A stretch of DNA of 32,402 nt from a virus (lineage: Duplodnaviria; Heunggongvirae; Uroviricota; Caudoviricetes), in the IMG/VR virus record IMGVR_UViG_3300047160_005224, positions 1 to 32,402 of that record; one strand, given 5' to 3'. The notes beneath the pieces were generated by a model. That model worked only from the letters and a program-made list of their open reading frames with translations. It did not search any database and was not told where the DNA came from. The position numbers and the translations under genes are program-made. The first letter of the stretch is position 1, and the number at the start of each line of letters is the position of its first letter. Below are positions 16,572-25,708 of the stretch, piece after piece.

Positions 16572-18289
16572 TATGCTGCCTTTGCCATTACAGAGAAGTC
16601 GTTGTGTTTCTCGAACTTGATCACAGAGTGGAATTTGTCGAACAATTGATCGCCACGGTGACTGATGATAAACAAGTTGGTGTCCTTAGTCAACTCCTCG
16701 ATGATCTTGAGGAATTCTTCAGTACCAGCATGGTCCATCGCACCGTCAAGCACTTCATCCATGATCAACAGATTTGTTGATGCAGAATTACGAAGCTTCG
16801 CAACCGCGCGCCAGGTGAACAAAATTGCCAAATTGATGCGCAGCTTTTCGCCTTCCGAGAAGGACTGATAGCTGAACTCATCACGAAATCGAGATTTGAT
16901 CACTTCGTTGAACTGTTCGTCAAGCTCAAAGTGAACAAAGAAGTCCATCGCAGCGAGATACTTGTTGATCAACTTGTTCATGACTGGAACATACTTCTTG
17001 ATCACAGTCGCCTTGATACCACCATCCTTCAAGATGGAAGCTGCGATAGTCTGAGTAGAAGATTCCTTCACTAGGACTTCGCGCTGCTTTTCCTTCTGTA
17101 CCAACTCATCCTGAAGTTCGAACAATTTCGATGCATCATTGTTCTGTTGTTGAGTTTTCTGCAGCTCTTCAAGCTCAGATTCCAAGGAAACCAGATGCTT
17201 CTTTTCCGCCATCAAGGAAGCCTTGATTGAGGCGAGTTGAGAATTCACGCTGTTGATGCTACGTTGAACTGCAGCAATTTCAACAGCACGATCTTGCGCT
17301 ACTTTGTATTTAGATTCAAGAAGAACCACACCAGACTTGATCTTTTCAATCTCAGCCTGCTTCTCAACGATCGTTGAGTCCTTGAAATCATGGTCGATGC
17401 CTTGTTTACAAGAAGGACAGGTATCGTTGTTATGATAGAACAACACTTCCTTATCAAGACGCTGAATACGATCCTGAACCTTTTCTCGCATGCCCTGGAG
17501 TTTGTTAATCAACTCAGAGACTTCAGAAGCATCATCAATCGAATTGATGAGGTCAGACAAATCAGCCTGACGGTGAACTCCATCTTCATTCAGTGAATCA
17601 ATGGAATGATTCGCTTGTGAAATCTTCAACTGTCGATCTGCAATAAGCGCCTTCGTATCACGATTCAGGGTCTCAATCAAGGACTCCTGCATTGTGATTC
17701 GCTCTTTCACCAAATCAATTTGGTACTTGACATCGGATTGCGCTTCCTTGTTTTGCTGAATACGGTCCTTCAACAAGCCATTCATCACGGAGAACACCTG
17801 AATATCCAGGAGGTCTTCAATAACTTCTCGGCGTGAATACGCAGAAAGCTGCATGAATGGAACGTAGGTTGCCGAACCGAGCACGACAACCTGACAGAAG
17901 GAGCGATGATTCAGTTTCAAGACGTTCTTTTCCAGATACTCCTGATAGTCCCTTGAAGAAGCATCCTGATTCAGAAGTACATCATCCTTGTACACCTCAA
18001 AGATCGCTGGACGCATTCCACGCCGAACGATGTACTCTGAACCACCAACATTGAATTTCACTTCAACAACGCAGTTCTTTCCGTTGATAGAATTGATCAA
18101 CTGTGGTTTGTTGATTTTGCGAAATGGCTTGTTGTAGAGCGCGAAACATAGCGCATCAAGGATGGTGGATTTACCAGCACCATTCATACCAACGATGAGA
18201 GTCGATCGGTGGCGATCTAGCTGAATTTCGGTTGGATGATTTCCAGTTGACAGAAAGTTCTGCCAACTGACAGATTTGAAGTGGATCAA
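16571..18289 (-). CDS. gp46: Recombination endonuclease ATPase subunit (Rad50/SbcC-like)
   Basis: NFLSTGN, GMNGAGKST, CPSC zinc hook, FSEGEK and MDEVLDG. Confidence 0.97.
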   Translation of the reverse strand: MIHFKSVSWQNFLSTGNHPTEIQLDRHRSTLIVGMNGAGKSTILDALCFALYNKPFRKINKPQLINSINGKNCVVEVKFNVGGSEYIVRRGMRPAIFEVYKDDVLLNQDASSRDYQEYLEKNVLKLNHRSFCQVVVLGSATYVPFMQLSAYSRREVIEDLLDIQVFSVMNGLLKDRIQQNKEAQSDVKYQIDLVKERITMQESLIETLNRDTKALIADRQLKISQANHSIDSLNEDGVHRQADLSDLINSIDDASEVSELINKLQGMREKVQDRIQRLDKEVLFYHNNDTCPSCKQGIDHDFKDSTIVEKQAEIEKIKSGVVLLESKYKVAQDRAVEIAAVQRSINSVNSQLASIKASLMAEKKHLVSLESELEELQKTQQQNNDASKLFELQDELVQKEKQREVLVKESSTQTIAASILKDGGIKATVIKKYVPVMNKLINKYLAAMDFFVHFELDEQFNEVIKSRFRDEFSYQSFSEGEKLRINLAILFTWRAVAKLRNSASTNLLIMDEVLDGAMDHAGTEEFLKIIEELTKDTNLFIISHRGDQLFDKFHSVIKFEKHNDFSVMAKAA

Positions 18290-18513
18290 CTAGATTTTCC
18301 TAGAAAGGGACCATGTTCCTTGATATAAGAAACAACTGCATCCATCAATTCGTTGCCAATCGCACTATGCGATTCAGATCTAATATCAATGGAGTTTGCA
18401 TTGTATTCCTGAAGGAATTCCAAAGTCAGACTCAAAGTGAAATTCAAATGTAACTTCGGTTGGTAAGTTACTTCATTCACAGTAAATTCGTGAGATTTGA
18501 TTTCAATCGTCAT
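18286..18513 (-). CDS. Hypothetical protein between gp47 and gp46
   Basis: 4-nt overlaps with both neighbours. Confidence 0.6.
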   Translation of the reverse strand: MTIEIKSHEFTVNEVTYQPKLHLNFTLSLTLEFLQEYNANSIDIRSESHSAIGNELMDAVVSYIKEHGPFLGKSS

Positions 18514-19598
18514 TGTGTCGTCGAATCCATTGTTAGTGCCTCATTATACAGAGATGTCAACAAAGCATCAAGCTCTGCCGCCTGCGAGGCATTATCGTTT
18601 ACATACGATGAAGCAAATTTGCGCATGATAGTGAGTGTATCTTCAGCTTCACTAATGATGCTATCGGCGTCTTCGAAATCAAGTGTCAGTCGATCATCAA
18701 TAACCTTGAGATCTACAACACCGAGTTTCTCAATTCGTTCAACAAGAAGATCGAACCAATATGGATTGGTCTTATTATGCACGACCAACTTCACATAACA
18801 ATCCTTTACATGATCAATCGGCATGTTCAGGATGTCATCCAGCGTGAAATTGGAATCGTTGTAGACAATCTTGTGGAACAAATTGAACGGGTTCTTTACG
18901 AACGTCAACTCGCGCGTATCAGTATCGAACACATGGAAGCCGCGAGGATCGTCGTAGTCTGACCAAGTCATCTCATATGGAGCACCGAGATAATTGATGT
19001 TACCACGAGTTGATTTGTGATGGAAGTGACCAGAACAGACAACTTCAAAACGCGAGAAGATGTCAGGAGAGTAGCCATGTTCAGTTGGCGAACCCTTGTA
19101 CATCTCGAAACCAGCAACCTCCAGGTGACCGAACAAGCACTGAGCATCAGTGTTGTTGATCATAGCCATGGCGTCAGAGAAGTTGTCGGCGCAAATCCAA
19201 GGCATCATGACGATCTTGGTTCCATCCAACACTTCTTCAGTTGGATCTTGGTACCACTTGAACTTGTCATATGAATGTCCGCGGAACAAAACGTCCATGG
19301 AATTCACTTCGTTCGTGTTTTTGTAGAAGGTGTCGTGATTGCCTACGATAACACCAACATCAAGGTCACGATCTCTACATGGATCGATGAAGTTCATGCG
19401 CATGTTTCGCGCTGTCACATAGTTGATGTACTTGCGACGATCAACAATGTCGCCCAGATGGCGCACATACTTGATGTCATGTTCATCGATGTAAGGGAAG
19501 AACACTTCACGATAGAACTTGGCCTGATGCGCCGCGATGATTTGATTATCATCACGAACGCCCCAGTGAGTGTCTGTAATCAGCGCAACCTTAGCCAT
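18510..19598 (-). CDS. gp47: Recombination endonuclease nuclease subunit (Mre11/SbcD-like)
   Basis: ITDTHWG, HLGDIVDRRK, GNHD, GHLE and SGHFH. Confidence 0.96.
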   Translation of the reverse strand: MAKVALITDTHWGVRDDNQIIAAHQAKFYREVFFPYIDEHDIKYVRHLGDIVDRRKYINYVTARNMRMNFIDPCRDRDLDVGVIVGNHDTFYKNTNEVNSMDVLFRGHSYDKFKWYQDPTEEVLDGTKIVMMPWICADNFSDAMAMINNTDAQCLFGHLEVAGFEMYKGSPTEHGYSPDIFSRFEVVCSGHFHHKSTRGNINYLGAPYEMTWSDYDDPRGFHVFDTDTRELTFVKNPFNLFHKIVYNDSNFTLDDILNMPIDHVKDCYVKLVVHNKTNPYWFDLLVERIEKLGVVDLKVIDDRLTLDFEDADSIISEAEDTLTIMRKFASSYVNDNASQAAELDALLTSLYNEALTMDSTTQ

Positions 19599-20244
19599 CG
19601 AGATTGTCCGGTTCTGGAATGACTTCCAGCTCAGCATCCAACTCCGGATCTTCTACTGTCGGCTCGATGAACTTCTCAACACCGCGCTTTTTCTTTTCGC
19701 GCTTGGCTTTCGCCGTCTTTTCCTTTGCTTCGAAGTTCTTGATGAACTCCTGCATAAATTCATTTTCAGGATTGACTTCAATGCCGAAGTCTTCGCTTAC
19801 GTCATGGTCAGAAATTTCTGCCAGACCTTCCTGAATCATGTTCTGCTTCACTTTGTATTTCGTGTACGTGTGTACCTTCTCGCGGTGAATTCTCCGCAAG
19901 AAAGCAAAGTAGACGATTTGGGTGAAGTAAGAAAAGGGCTTGCCTTTCTCAGGATCGAAGTTGTATGCATAGAGCAGGCAGTTCTCGATCCCATCAGAGA
20001 TCATTTCCTCGATGTACCAATATTTGTTGAGGAAGTTCTTGTGGCGAGCTAAACGCTGCGCGATCTGGAGAATACACTTGCCTGCATATTCCGGGAGACG
20101 GGGTTCCGGAAGACCATTTGATTTCGTATGGTCATACTTCGTTTTGTACTCAACCATCGCAGCCATGAACTTCTCTGGATCGATGTAATAGTTGGACGGT
20201 AGAGTTGGTGAAATCGGGTCTTTAACCCGAGATGAATCTGACAT
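19591..20244 (-). CDS. gp55: Late-transcription sigma factor
   Basis: EEMISDGIENCLLY..NFDPEK..PFSYFTQIVYFAFLRRI.REK. Start at 20244 lies downstream of a candidate promoter. Confidence 0.95.
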   Translation of the reverse strand: MSDSSRVKDPISPTLPSNYYIDPEKFMAAMVEYKTKYDHTKSNGLPEPRLPEYAGKCILQIAQRLARHKNFLNKYWYIEEMISDGIENCLLYAYNFDPEKGKPFSYFTQIVYFAFLRRIHREKVHTYTKYKVKQNMIQEGLAEISDHDVSEDFGIEVNPENEFMQEFIKNFEAKEKTAKAKREKKKRGVEKFIEPTVEDPELDAELEVIPEPDNLDG

Positions 20245-20274
20245 CAAATACCCTGTTCCACGAATTTCCAGCGA

Positions 20275-20304
20275 ATCATAAGTGTTTTCAGGTACCAAAG
20301 TCAA
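20275..20304 (-). promoter_or_regulatory. Sigma70-like promoter for gp55
   Basis: TTGACT, 18 nt, TATGAT on the minus strand. Confidence 0.55.
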
Positions 20305-20330
20305 CGTCAAACTAACAGTCATCAGTAATC

Positions 20331-20359
20331 TTGACTTTGGCTCAATCGCTCGCTATAAT
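20331..20359 (+). promoter_or_regulatory. Near-consensus sigma70 promoter oriented antisense to the uvsW unit
   Basis: TTGACT (20331-20336), 17 nt, TATAAT (20354-20359). Confidence 0.7.
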
Positions 20360-20395
20360 CACCAAGTGTCGCGGTGAGTGAAGTAATGCCAACAG

Positions 20396-20809
20396 TTAGT
20401 TGATAAGCTTCGACGGAGGAACTAAGGACGACAAATCCGAAGGAGAATCGTCCAAAGACTCAGCTGATGGATCCTTGGCATATGACAACATAGAATCCTC
20501 AAGCTGATTGAAAGCCTTCACCGGGAGGTTCTTCCTCCATTCGATGTAGTAACGAATCAGCTTCTGCTTTGGTGTAGCAACAGCATAGATGTTGTTCTTA
20601 TGGAACACTACCTCATCGTCTTCTGCAAAGTGCATGAATTTCGATGCATTGACGTAGACGTCTCCATCACCAGCGTCTTGGAAACTGAAGACCAAAGGAG
20701 ACTTGACCTTCAGTTCGATCTGGCTTTCACTAAGAACCTCAGCAATGATAAAAGGAGAACCACCAGCCAACTTGAACAACAAGTACAACGGCTCGTGTGT
20801 TTCTTCCAT
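20396..20809 (-). CDS. Hypothetical protein downstream of uvsW (possibly Sm-like)
   Basis: Overlaps the uvsW stop, GGAG RBS; FKLAGG..IIAEV pattern. Confidence 0.7.
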   Translation of the reverse strand: MEETHEPLYLLFKLAGGSPFIIAEVLSESQIELKVKSPLVFSFQDAGDGDVYVNASKFMHFAEDDEVVFHKNNIYAVATPKQKLIRYYIEWRKNLPVKAFNQLEDSMLSYAKDPSAESLDDSPSDLSSLVPPSKLIN

Positions 20810-22269
20810 TATATCTCCTTGGTAACGACTTTGTGATCAAAGTTCTCAGAATTGTAGATTCGGAAGCGTTCACCGAAGTGCTTTAGTGTGTAGTTCAGCT
20901 TCGACTTCCAGGAGAAATCGTCTGCGATATCATACCAAGTCGCGCTATCCTTTTCTGTTCCGATACGAAGAATACGACCGATCGACTGCAACAGTCGAAT
21001 GATGGACTTCGTAGGTGACGCTGCAATGGCGTTATGAAGGCGCTTGATAGAGATACCTGTTGAGAACACACCATACGATGCTACGATGATGGCGTCGTTC
21101 TCAGTTTCAACGATCCTTCTTACATATTCGCGCTGGTCGGCATCTGTACCGCCAGAAACAAAGAACACCTTTCTCTGATCATGAGCAAGCGTTTTGATTT
21201 TCTCAAATAGAGGTTTGCCATGCTTGTCGACGTACTGGAAGAGAACCAGAGTGTTACCAGTTCGCGTCAATGCTAGCTTCGCAACGAAGTCCAAGCGACG
21301 CTGGTGTCGCACCAAGAAGTCTACTTCCTCCTGATACGACATTTTCGAGACGAGCTTCTTCTCTTCATCTGTGTACTTCAGAACAATGCATTGCACCTGG
21401 AGCTGAGCAACCTGCTTGTTCTTCATCAGGTTCGCAGTCTTCTCGATCTGAATCACTGGACCGAATAGACCTTCAAGCACAAGTTTGTTGACAGTTGAGC
21501 CATCAAGCGTTCCTGTCAGACCAAGCTTCATTGGACAGTTCTTCAACTTCTCCATGATCTTGGTCAGAGACTTCGCCTTCCACGTATGAGCTTCGTCTCC
21601 GAAGACCGTGGTAAACTGAGCGAACCATGCAGGAGGCAGATCCACGATTGACTGCCAAGTTGTGATCGTGATAGGAGCTTCAATGATTTTCGACTTACCA
21701 CCCATGATCTTCTGGATCATTTCTTCTGGGCAACCGTAGTCAACGAAGTCGGCTGCCATCTGATTCACCAAACCAATGCTTGGTACGATGATGACAACCT
21801 TATCCTGCTTCTCCACGATGAGTCGCCACATAGAAATCATGTAAATCATGAGCGATTTTCCGGAAGAAGTTGGGCTCAGAAACACATGACGACGCGTTCT
21901 TATTGCGTGAAGTAGAGCTTTTAGCTGATAATCTCTCGGTTTATGAGGCAAATCCAGCTTCTTCACGAAACTGATGAATTCGTTCTCGGAAACCTGCGTT
22001 GTCAGCTGAATATCATCACTGACAGCCACTGAATAATCGCGCTCGCGTGCGAACTGCAAAATGTGTGATAGCAGTCCACGATAGATGATGCCAGTGTTCA
22101 GGTTGAACAAACGCATCTTGCCATCCCAGTAACGAGACTTGTAGGATGGCATGAATTTGGCGCCAGGAACAGTGAACGTGAAGAACTCGCTTAGTTCGTA
22201 AGCAAGTCCAGGTTCACAGACAACTTGAATGTGTACATCGTTTAGAGCACGAATAGTCAGATCTGTCAT
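20809..22269 (-). CDS. uvsW: SF2 DNA helicase UvsW
   Basis: WDGKMRLF, RDYQ, SPTSSGKS, GDEAH, GLTGTL and QSIGRILR. Confidence 0.97.
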   Translation of the reverse strand: MTDLTIRALNDVHIQVVCEPGLAYELSEFFTFTVPGAKFMPSYKSRYWDGKMRLFNLNTGIIYRGLLSHILQFARERDYSVAVSDDIQLTTQVSENEFISFVKKLDLPHKPRDYQLKALLHAIRTRRHVFLSPTSSGKSLMIYMISMWRLIVEKQDKVVIIVPSIGLVNQMAADFVDYGCPEEMIQKIMGGKSKIIEAPITITTWQSIVDLPPAWFAQFTTVFGDEAHTWKAKSLTKIMEKLKNCPMKLGLTGTLDGSTVNKLVLEGLFGPVIQIEKTANLMKNKQVAQLQVQCIVLKYTDEEKKLVSKMSYQEEVDFLVRHQRRLDFVAKLALTRTGNTLVLFQYVDKHGKPLFEKIKTLAHDQRKVFFVSGGTDADQREYVRRIVETENDAIIVASYGVFSTGISIKRLHNAIAASPTKSIIRLLQSIGRILRIGTEKDSATWYDIADDFSWKSKLNYTLKHFGERFRIYNSENFDHKVVTKEI

Positions 22270-22281
22270 TATGTCTTCATC

Positions 22282-22719
22282 TTATCCAATTCCCTGCTGG
22301 AACTTCATGAAATTGATCGCATTCGCAATTTGATACGAGCGATTATGAATCATCTTGAGGATGTTGTCCAGTGCCTCCAGCTTTTCGCGCTGATAAGCAA
22401 CTTTCAGGGTCATGCTAATACAGTCCTTGTCTGCCTTCAACGTGTCGTCCACGTTCGATTTGACGTGGCGTTTCAGTTGCGGTTCCCAACCAAGGGTCTT
22501 CAGTTCATCAGAAGAAAGCTCACCAAGGAGCCATAGCTTCTTGTTGTTGTAAAGGATGTCTGCGTCCGATTCCATCTTCCTGAGAAGCATGCGTTCGGTA
22601 CTCAACATCCTACAGTACTTATGGTGCAATTTAGGGATGCCTAGAGCAGCAGAATCTAGATCGAGTTTTGAAACAGTGGAATCGATGCTCCACTGTTCGA
22701 AGATTTCATCAAGAGTCAT
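22282..22719 (-). CDS. uvsY: Recombination mediator UvsY
   Basis: IPKLHHKY and NRSYQIANAINFMKF..G; sits next to uvsW. Confidence 0.92.
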   Translation of the reverse strand: MTLDEIFEQWSIDSTVSKLDLDSAALGIPKLHHKYCRMLSTERMLLRKMESDADILYNNKKLWLLGELSSDELKTLGWEPQLKRHVKSNVDDTLKADKDCISMTLKVAYQREKLEALDNILKMIHNRSYQIANAINFMKFQQGIG

Positions 22720-22726
22720 AGCGAAA

Positions 22727-23320
22727 TTATTCAGATGCCTGAAGTGGGTTGACTACCGTGAACAGTTTGTATTTGAAAGAGACCGTGCAGTTGACGAAGT
22801 TGACGTCAGTTGCGGTCGAATCAAGATCGATTGGCGACAGATCAGAAGGGATCATGTCTTCAAAATTGAAATAAACGTTCGGGTTCTTGGCATTGGAGAG
22901 GATGACTAGCTGGCCATCAGAATAGAGACCCTCGCCAATAGAGTTCTTTGCGATCAAGCGCCCACGCTGATCGAAGTCATGTGGTTTACCAATTCCGACC
23001 ATCCAGTTGTACAACTCCATCCAGTTCTGCATGTCTTCATCCACCTTGAAGGTGATCTGAAGCTCACCATATTGGAGGTGATCGCCTGGAGGATGCAGAG
23101 TCGCAAACGGTGTCTTGAATTCTGGATGGTTGATCGACAATCCAGGAAGCATCGCCTTAGTGACGAAGAAATTCGTCGTTGGAAGCTTCTTCACGGTAAA
23201 CTGGAAGCCGAGTTGAGAAAGGAAGCTCTGGTTGGGCGAGATTTGCGCGCCGCCAAGAGCTTCCTTGTCGCAATCAGGTGCGGTGTTGGCAGACATGGGA
23301 ATCTCCGAATGGGTTCCCAT
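22727..23320 (-). CDS. gp3: Tail completion/sheath stabilizer
   Basis: LPG....PGDHLQYGELQITFKVDEDMQNWMELYNWM; syntenic position upstream of uvsY. Confidence 0.85.
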   Translation of the reverse strand: MGTHSEIPMSANTAPDCDKEALGGAQISPNQSFLSQLGFQFTVKKLPTTNFFVTKAMLPGLSINHPEFKTPFATLHPPGDHLQYGELQITFKVDEDMQNWMELYNWMVGIGKPHDFDQRGRLIAKNSIGEGLYSDGQLVILSNAKNPNVYFNFEDMIPSDLSPIDLDSTATDVNFVNCTVSFKYKLFTVVNPLQASE

Positions 23321-23331
23321 GTAGATAGGCG

Positions 23332-23925
23332 TTAGAGAATACCTGCCTCGTGCAACACCAGGATCTCAAACTTGACGTCAGAAACTGCATCATGTTGCTT
23401 GTAGCCAGGGATCTGAGCACGTAGTTCTTCAGTGTTGTCGGGATAGCCATTCAACTTGCTGGACATGCCGAGGACATCTACAACTGTGCGGATGTCACGG
23501 ACCTTTCCCCAACTGAACGGAAGCTGAGCATGGATCCAACCACAGTCCATGAACAAGCTGGTGAGCCAATCGGCGTCTTTCGAACCACGTTGCCACACGA
23601 AGTCCTTGCGCTTGTCGTATTTGTTGGCTTTCAACCAGTCTTCGAAATCTTGGAGCGCGAACTCAGCTTCGATGTCATTCACCGAAGGAATGAAAGATTG
23701 CTTTTGCACATCCACGTGCTGTTCCTTCCACCACTTGATGGTTTCAGGATCAACTTTCCTACCGTGCTCATGTTGAAGCTTGGCATTCAGTTTGTAGTTC
23801 CTGATTTGAAGGTTCTCGAACAACGAATCCTTGTTGTCCGTGTTATGGAGCGCTGCAGTGATTTGAAGAATGACTGCGTCTTGATGCGTGGAAAGGGTTT
23901 CGCAGTCGATGATCAAATGATTCAT
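23332..23925 (-). CDS. dexA: DnaQ-fold 3'-5' exonuclease, DexA-like
   Basis: IIDCETL, WQRG..D, RDIRT and HDAVSD (DEDDh) motifs. Confidence 0.85.
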   Translation of the reverse strand: MNHLIIDCETLSTHQDAVILQITAALHNTDNKDSLFENLQIRNYKLNAKLQHEHGRKVDPETIKWWKEQHVDVQKQSFIPSVNDIEAEFALQDFEDWLKANKYDKRKDFVWQRGSKDADWLTSLFMDCGWIHAQLPFSWGKVRDIRTVVDVLGMSSKLNGYPDNTEELRAQIPGYKQHDAVSDVKFEILVLHEAGIL

Positions 23926-23945
23926 GATGTTCCTTGCTTAGGTTG

Positions 23946-24015
23946 AAAAGTGTTCGCGTCTCTATCACTCAACGCGACACTGCTGAATTATACCGAATGG
24001 TGATACCAAAGACAC
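23946..24015 (-). promoter_or_regulatory. Promoter (-10 TATAAT at 23992-23987) followed by a leader hairpin
   Basis: Perfect -10 in an intergenic gap, then stem AGTGTCGCGT/ACGCGAACACT with a TTTT run upstream of dexA. Confidence 0.55.
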
Positions 24016-24017
24016 CA

Positions 24018-24605
24018 TCAACTACCAAACGTGTAACCGAACCTTTCTATGACTGCCTTGTCCAATTCTGCAACTGTATCAATAGTTGCTTTCTTCTTGT
24101 AGTAATCAGCATAGCTGGCAAATTGCTTTGTTGATGTGTTGGAACGCAAGTCAGTTAGTTCTACACCGATCCTTTTGGAAATCAAAGGAAGAAAGGTAGC
24201 ACGATCTTCAAATTGAAACACCGTGTCCACTCCATTGATCCAACGAAGCTGTGGATGCTCAGAAGGATTGGCATTGATGAATTTGTTCTTCACCAAATAC
24301 ACCCATTCATCGAATGAGTACAACGCAGCGCCTCCAGGATTGGAATTCGATTTTGGCTTCGGTGCATGCGGGCTGTAGTACAGATGCTCGTACAAACTCA
24401 CGTAGCGATCCCAGGGATTCCGAACAAACGCGAACTTCCAGTATTCAGACCAAGTTTCTTGGAACAGAAACTGTTTCGCTGCTTCAGTCGATACATGTTG
24501 GAATGGATTTAGCGATTGTTCGACGTCCAACATTCTCGAAATCGAGTTGCCACCTGTTCGCGGATTATGGAAGAACACGCACTTTGATTTCTGTAGCACG
24601 ATCAT
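24018..24605 (-). CDS. Sulfotransferase family 2-like protein, copy 2
   Basis: FFHNPRTGGNSI (5'-PSB-like), KFAFVRNPWDRYVSLY (3'-PB-like) and terminal FGYTF. Confidence 0.85.
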   Translation of the reverse strand: MIVLQKSKCVFFHNPRTGGNSISRMLDVEQSLNPFQHVSTEAAKQFLFQETWSEYWKFAFVRNPWDRYVSLYEHLYYSPHAPKPKSNSNPGGAALYSFDEWVYLVKNKFINANPSEHPQLRWINGVDTVFQFEDRATFLPLISKRIGVELTDLRSNTSTKQFASYADYYKKKATIDTVAELDKAVIERFGYTFGS

Positions 24606-25033
24606 CAGAAAGTGTATCCAAATTTCTCAATGGTTTCATGTTCCAATCTAGCAATCATGTCAATTGTAGATTTGGACGTGTAGTATGATTGGTATGCTGA
24701 ATGTTGAGTTGTGTTGATTCGATCAAGAGGTTTCAACATAGGCATATGCTGTTTGATTTCCTCAATCGCCGAATCCATTTCTTCCATCTTGAACACCACA
24801 TCAGCTTCTTTCCACCAAATCGACTGGGTTTCAGAAAACCATGTTGATGACACGAACTTGTTGTAGTTCAGATAGACCCAGTCTTTGAAGTTGTTGCTCA
24901 TAGCAATTTTCTTGGATTCGACGTTGCGTCGGAAGATGTAGTCGCTCTGGCGATGGAACTCGTACAAACTCACGTAGCGATCCCAGGGATTCCGAACAAA
25001 CGCGAACTTCCAGTATTCAGACCAAGTTTCTTG
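24387..25033. repeat. Perfect 75-nt direct repeat (24387-24461 and 24959-25033)
   Basis: Base-by-base comparison: ctcgtacaaactcacgtagcgatcccagggattccgaacaaacgcgaacttccagtattcagaccaagtttcttg occurs in both. Confidence 0.95.
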
Positions 25034-25174
25034 AAAGATGAATTGCTTGGCTTCTGCTGGAGTGAAATGAGACAATCGAGTTTCTAGCTGATGCCCGAAC
25101 ACAGTGAAGATGGACAGTCCAGCAGTTTTTGGCACGTGTAAGAACACGACCTTATGACGTTGATCAATGAACAT
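24605..25174 (-). CDS. Sulfotransferase family 2-like protein, copy 1
   Basis: FLHVPKTAGLSI, KFAFVRNPWDRYVSLY and terminal FGYTF. Confidence 0.87.
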   Translation of the reverse strand: MFIDQRHKVVFLHVPKTAGLSIFTVFGHQLETRLSHFTPAEAKQFIFQETWSEYWKFAFVRNPWDRYVSLYEFHRQSDYIFRRNVESKKIAMSNNFKDWVYLNYNKFVSSTWFSETQSIWWKEADVVFKMEEMDSAIEEIKQHMPMLKPLDRINTTQHSAYQSYYTSKSTIDMIARLEHETIEKFGYTF

Positions 25175-25695
25175 TATTTGGAATACCTGGCACTTGCTTT
25201 GAGACTTTTGGAAATATTAGCTCGATGTTCGGGAGAAAGTTTCATCCCTACACGAGCAGCACGTAAAGCTGCTTTATGTTCTTCGCTAAAAGGCTTGCCT
25301 TTCTTTGCAGCAGAAATCTTAGCACCTCTTCCTTCTTCAGCTGGAAGGGATTTTCCTCTCCGTGCATCTCCTGATTTCTGAGCAATTGAACGTGCATCAG
25401 GTGTAGCAGACCAATGACCAAAGCGTCGTTTACTCATGTTGTAATATCGCTTACCTAATTCATCATTCGGTATCAGTTGCAGCCATCGGTGCTCAGCTTC
25501 TAAAAGATCTACACGAGAAGTGTAAATTCGTTCGATGACGCGTCTACGAAAATGTTCAGGATTTCGTTTGTACGCAATACGCATCCTTTCTGATGAACAG
25601 AGATATCCATCATCTTCAGTTCCCCAGTGACAACCGATGTACCATTTGTTCTTTTTGGTGTTATGCCAAATGTACACAAATCCATATTTTTCCAT
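25174..25695 (-). mobile_element. Free-standing GIY-YIG (Seg-like) homing endonuclease with NUMOD3-like repeats
   Basis: GFVYIW...YIGCHWG..DDGYLCSS; C-terminal KISAAKKGK.FSEEHK and LSPEHRANISKS. Confidence 0.87.
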
Positions 25696-25708
25696 ACCGA
25701 TCCTGAAT

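Noticed and set aside
20245-20322. Longer N-terminus of gp55 given by the ORF track
   Set aside because: The extension runs through the candidate promoter; ATG 20244 is the more plausible start.
23934-24134. 66-aa plus-strand ORF across the dexA upstream region
   Set aside because: Overlaps a regulatory region and the sulfotransferase 3' end; no supporting motif.
24387-25033. 75-nt repeat as a CRISPR array or DGR template/variable pair
   Set aside because: Only two copies, both in-frame within paralogous genes, with no adenine-specific mismatches and no reverse transcriptase or cas gene in the window.
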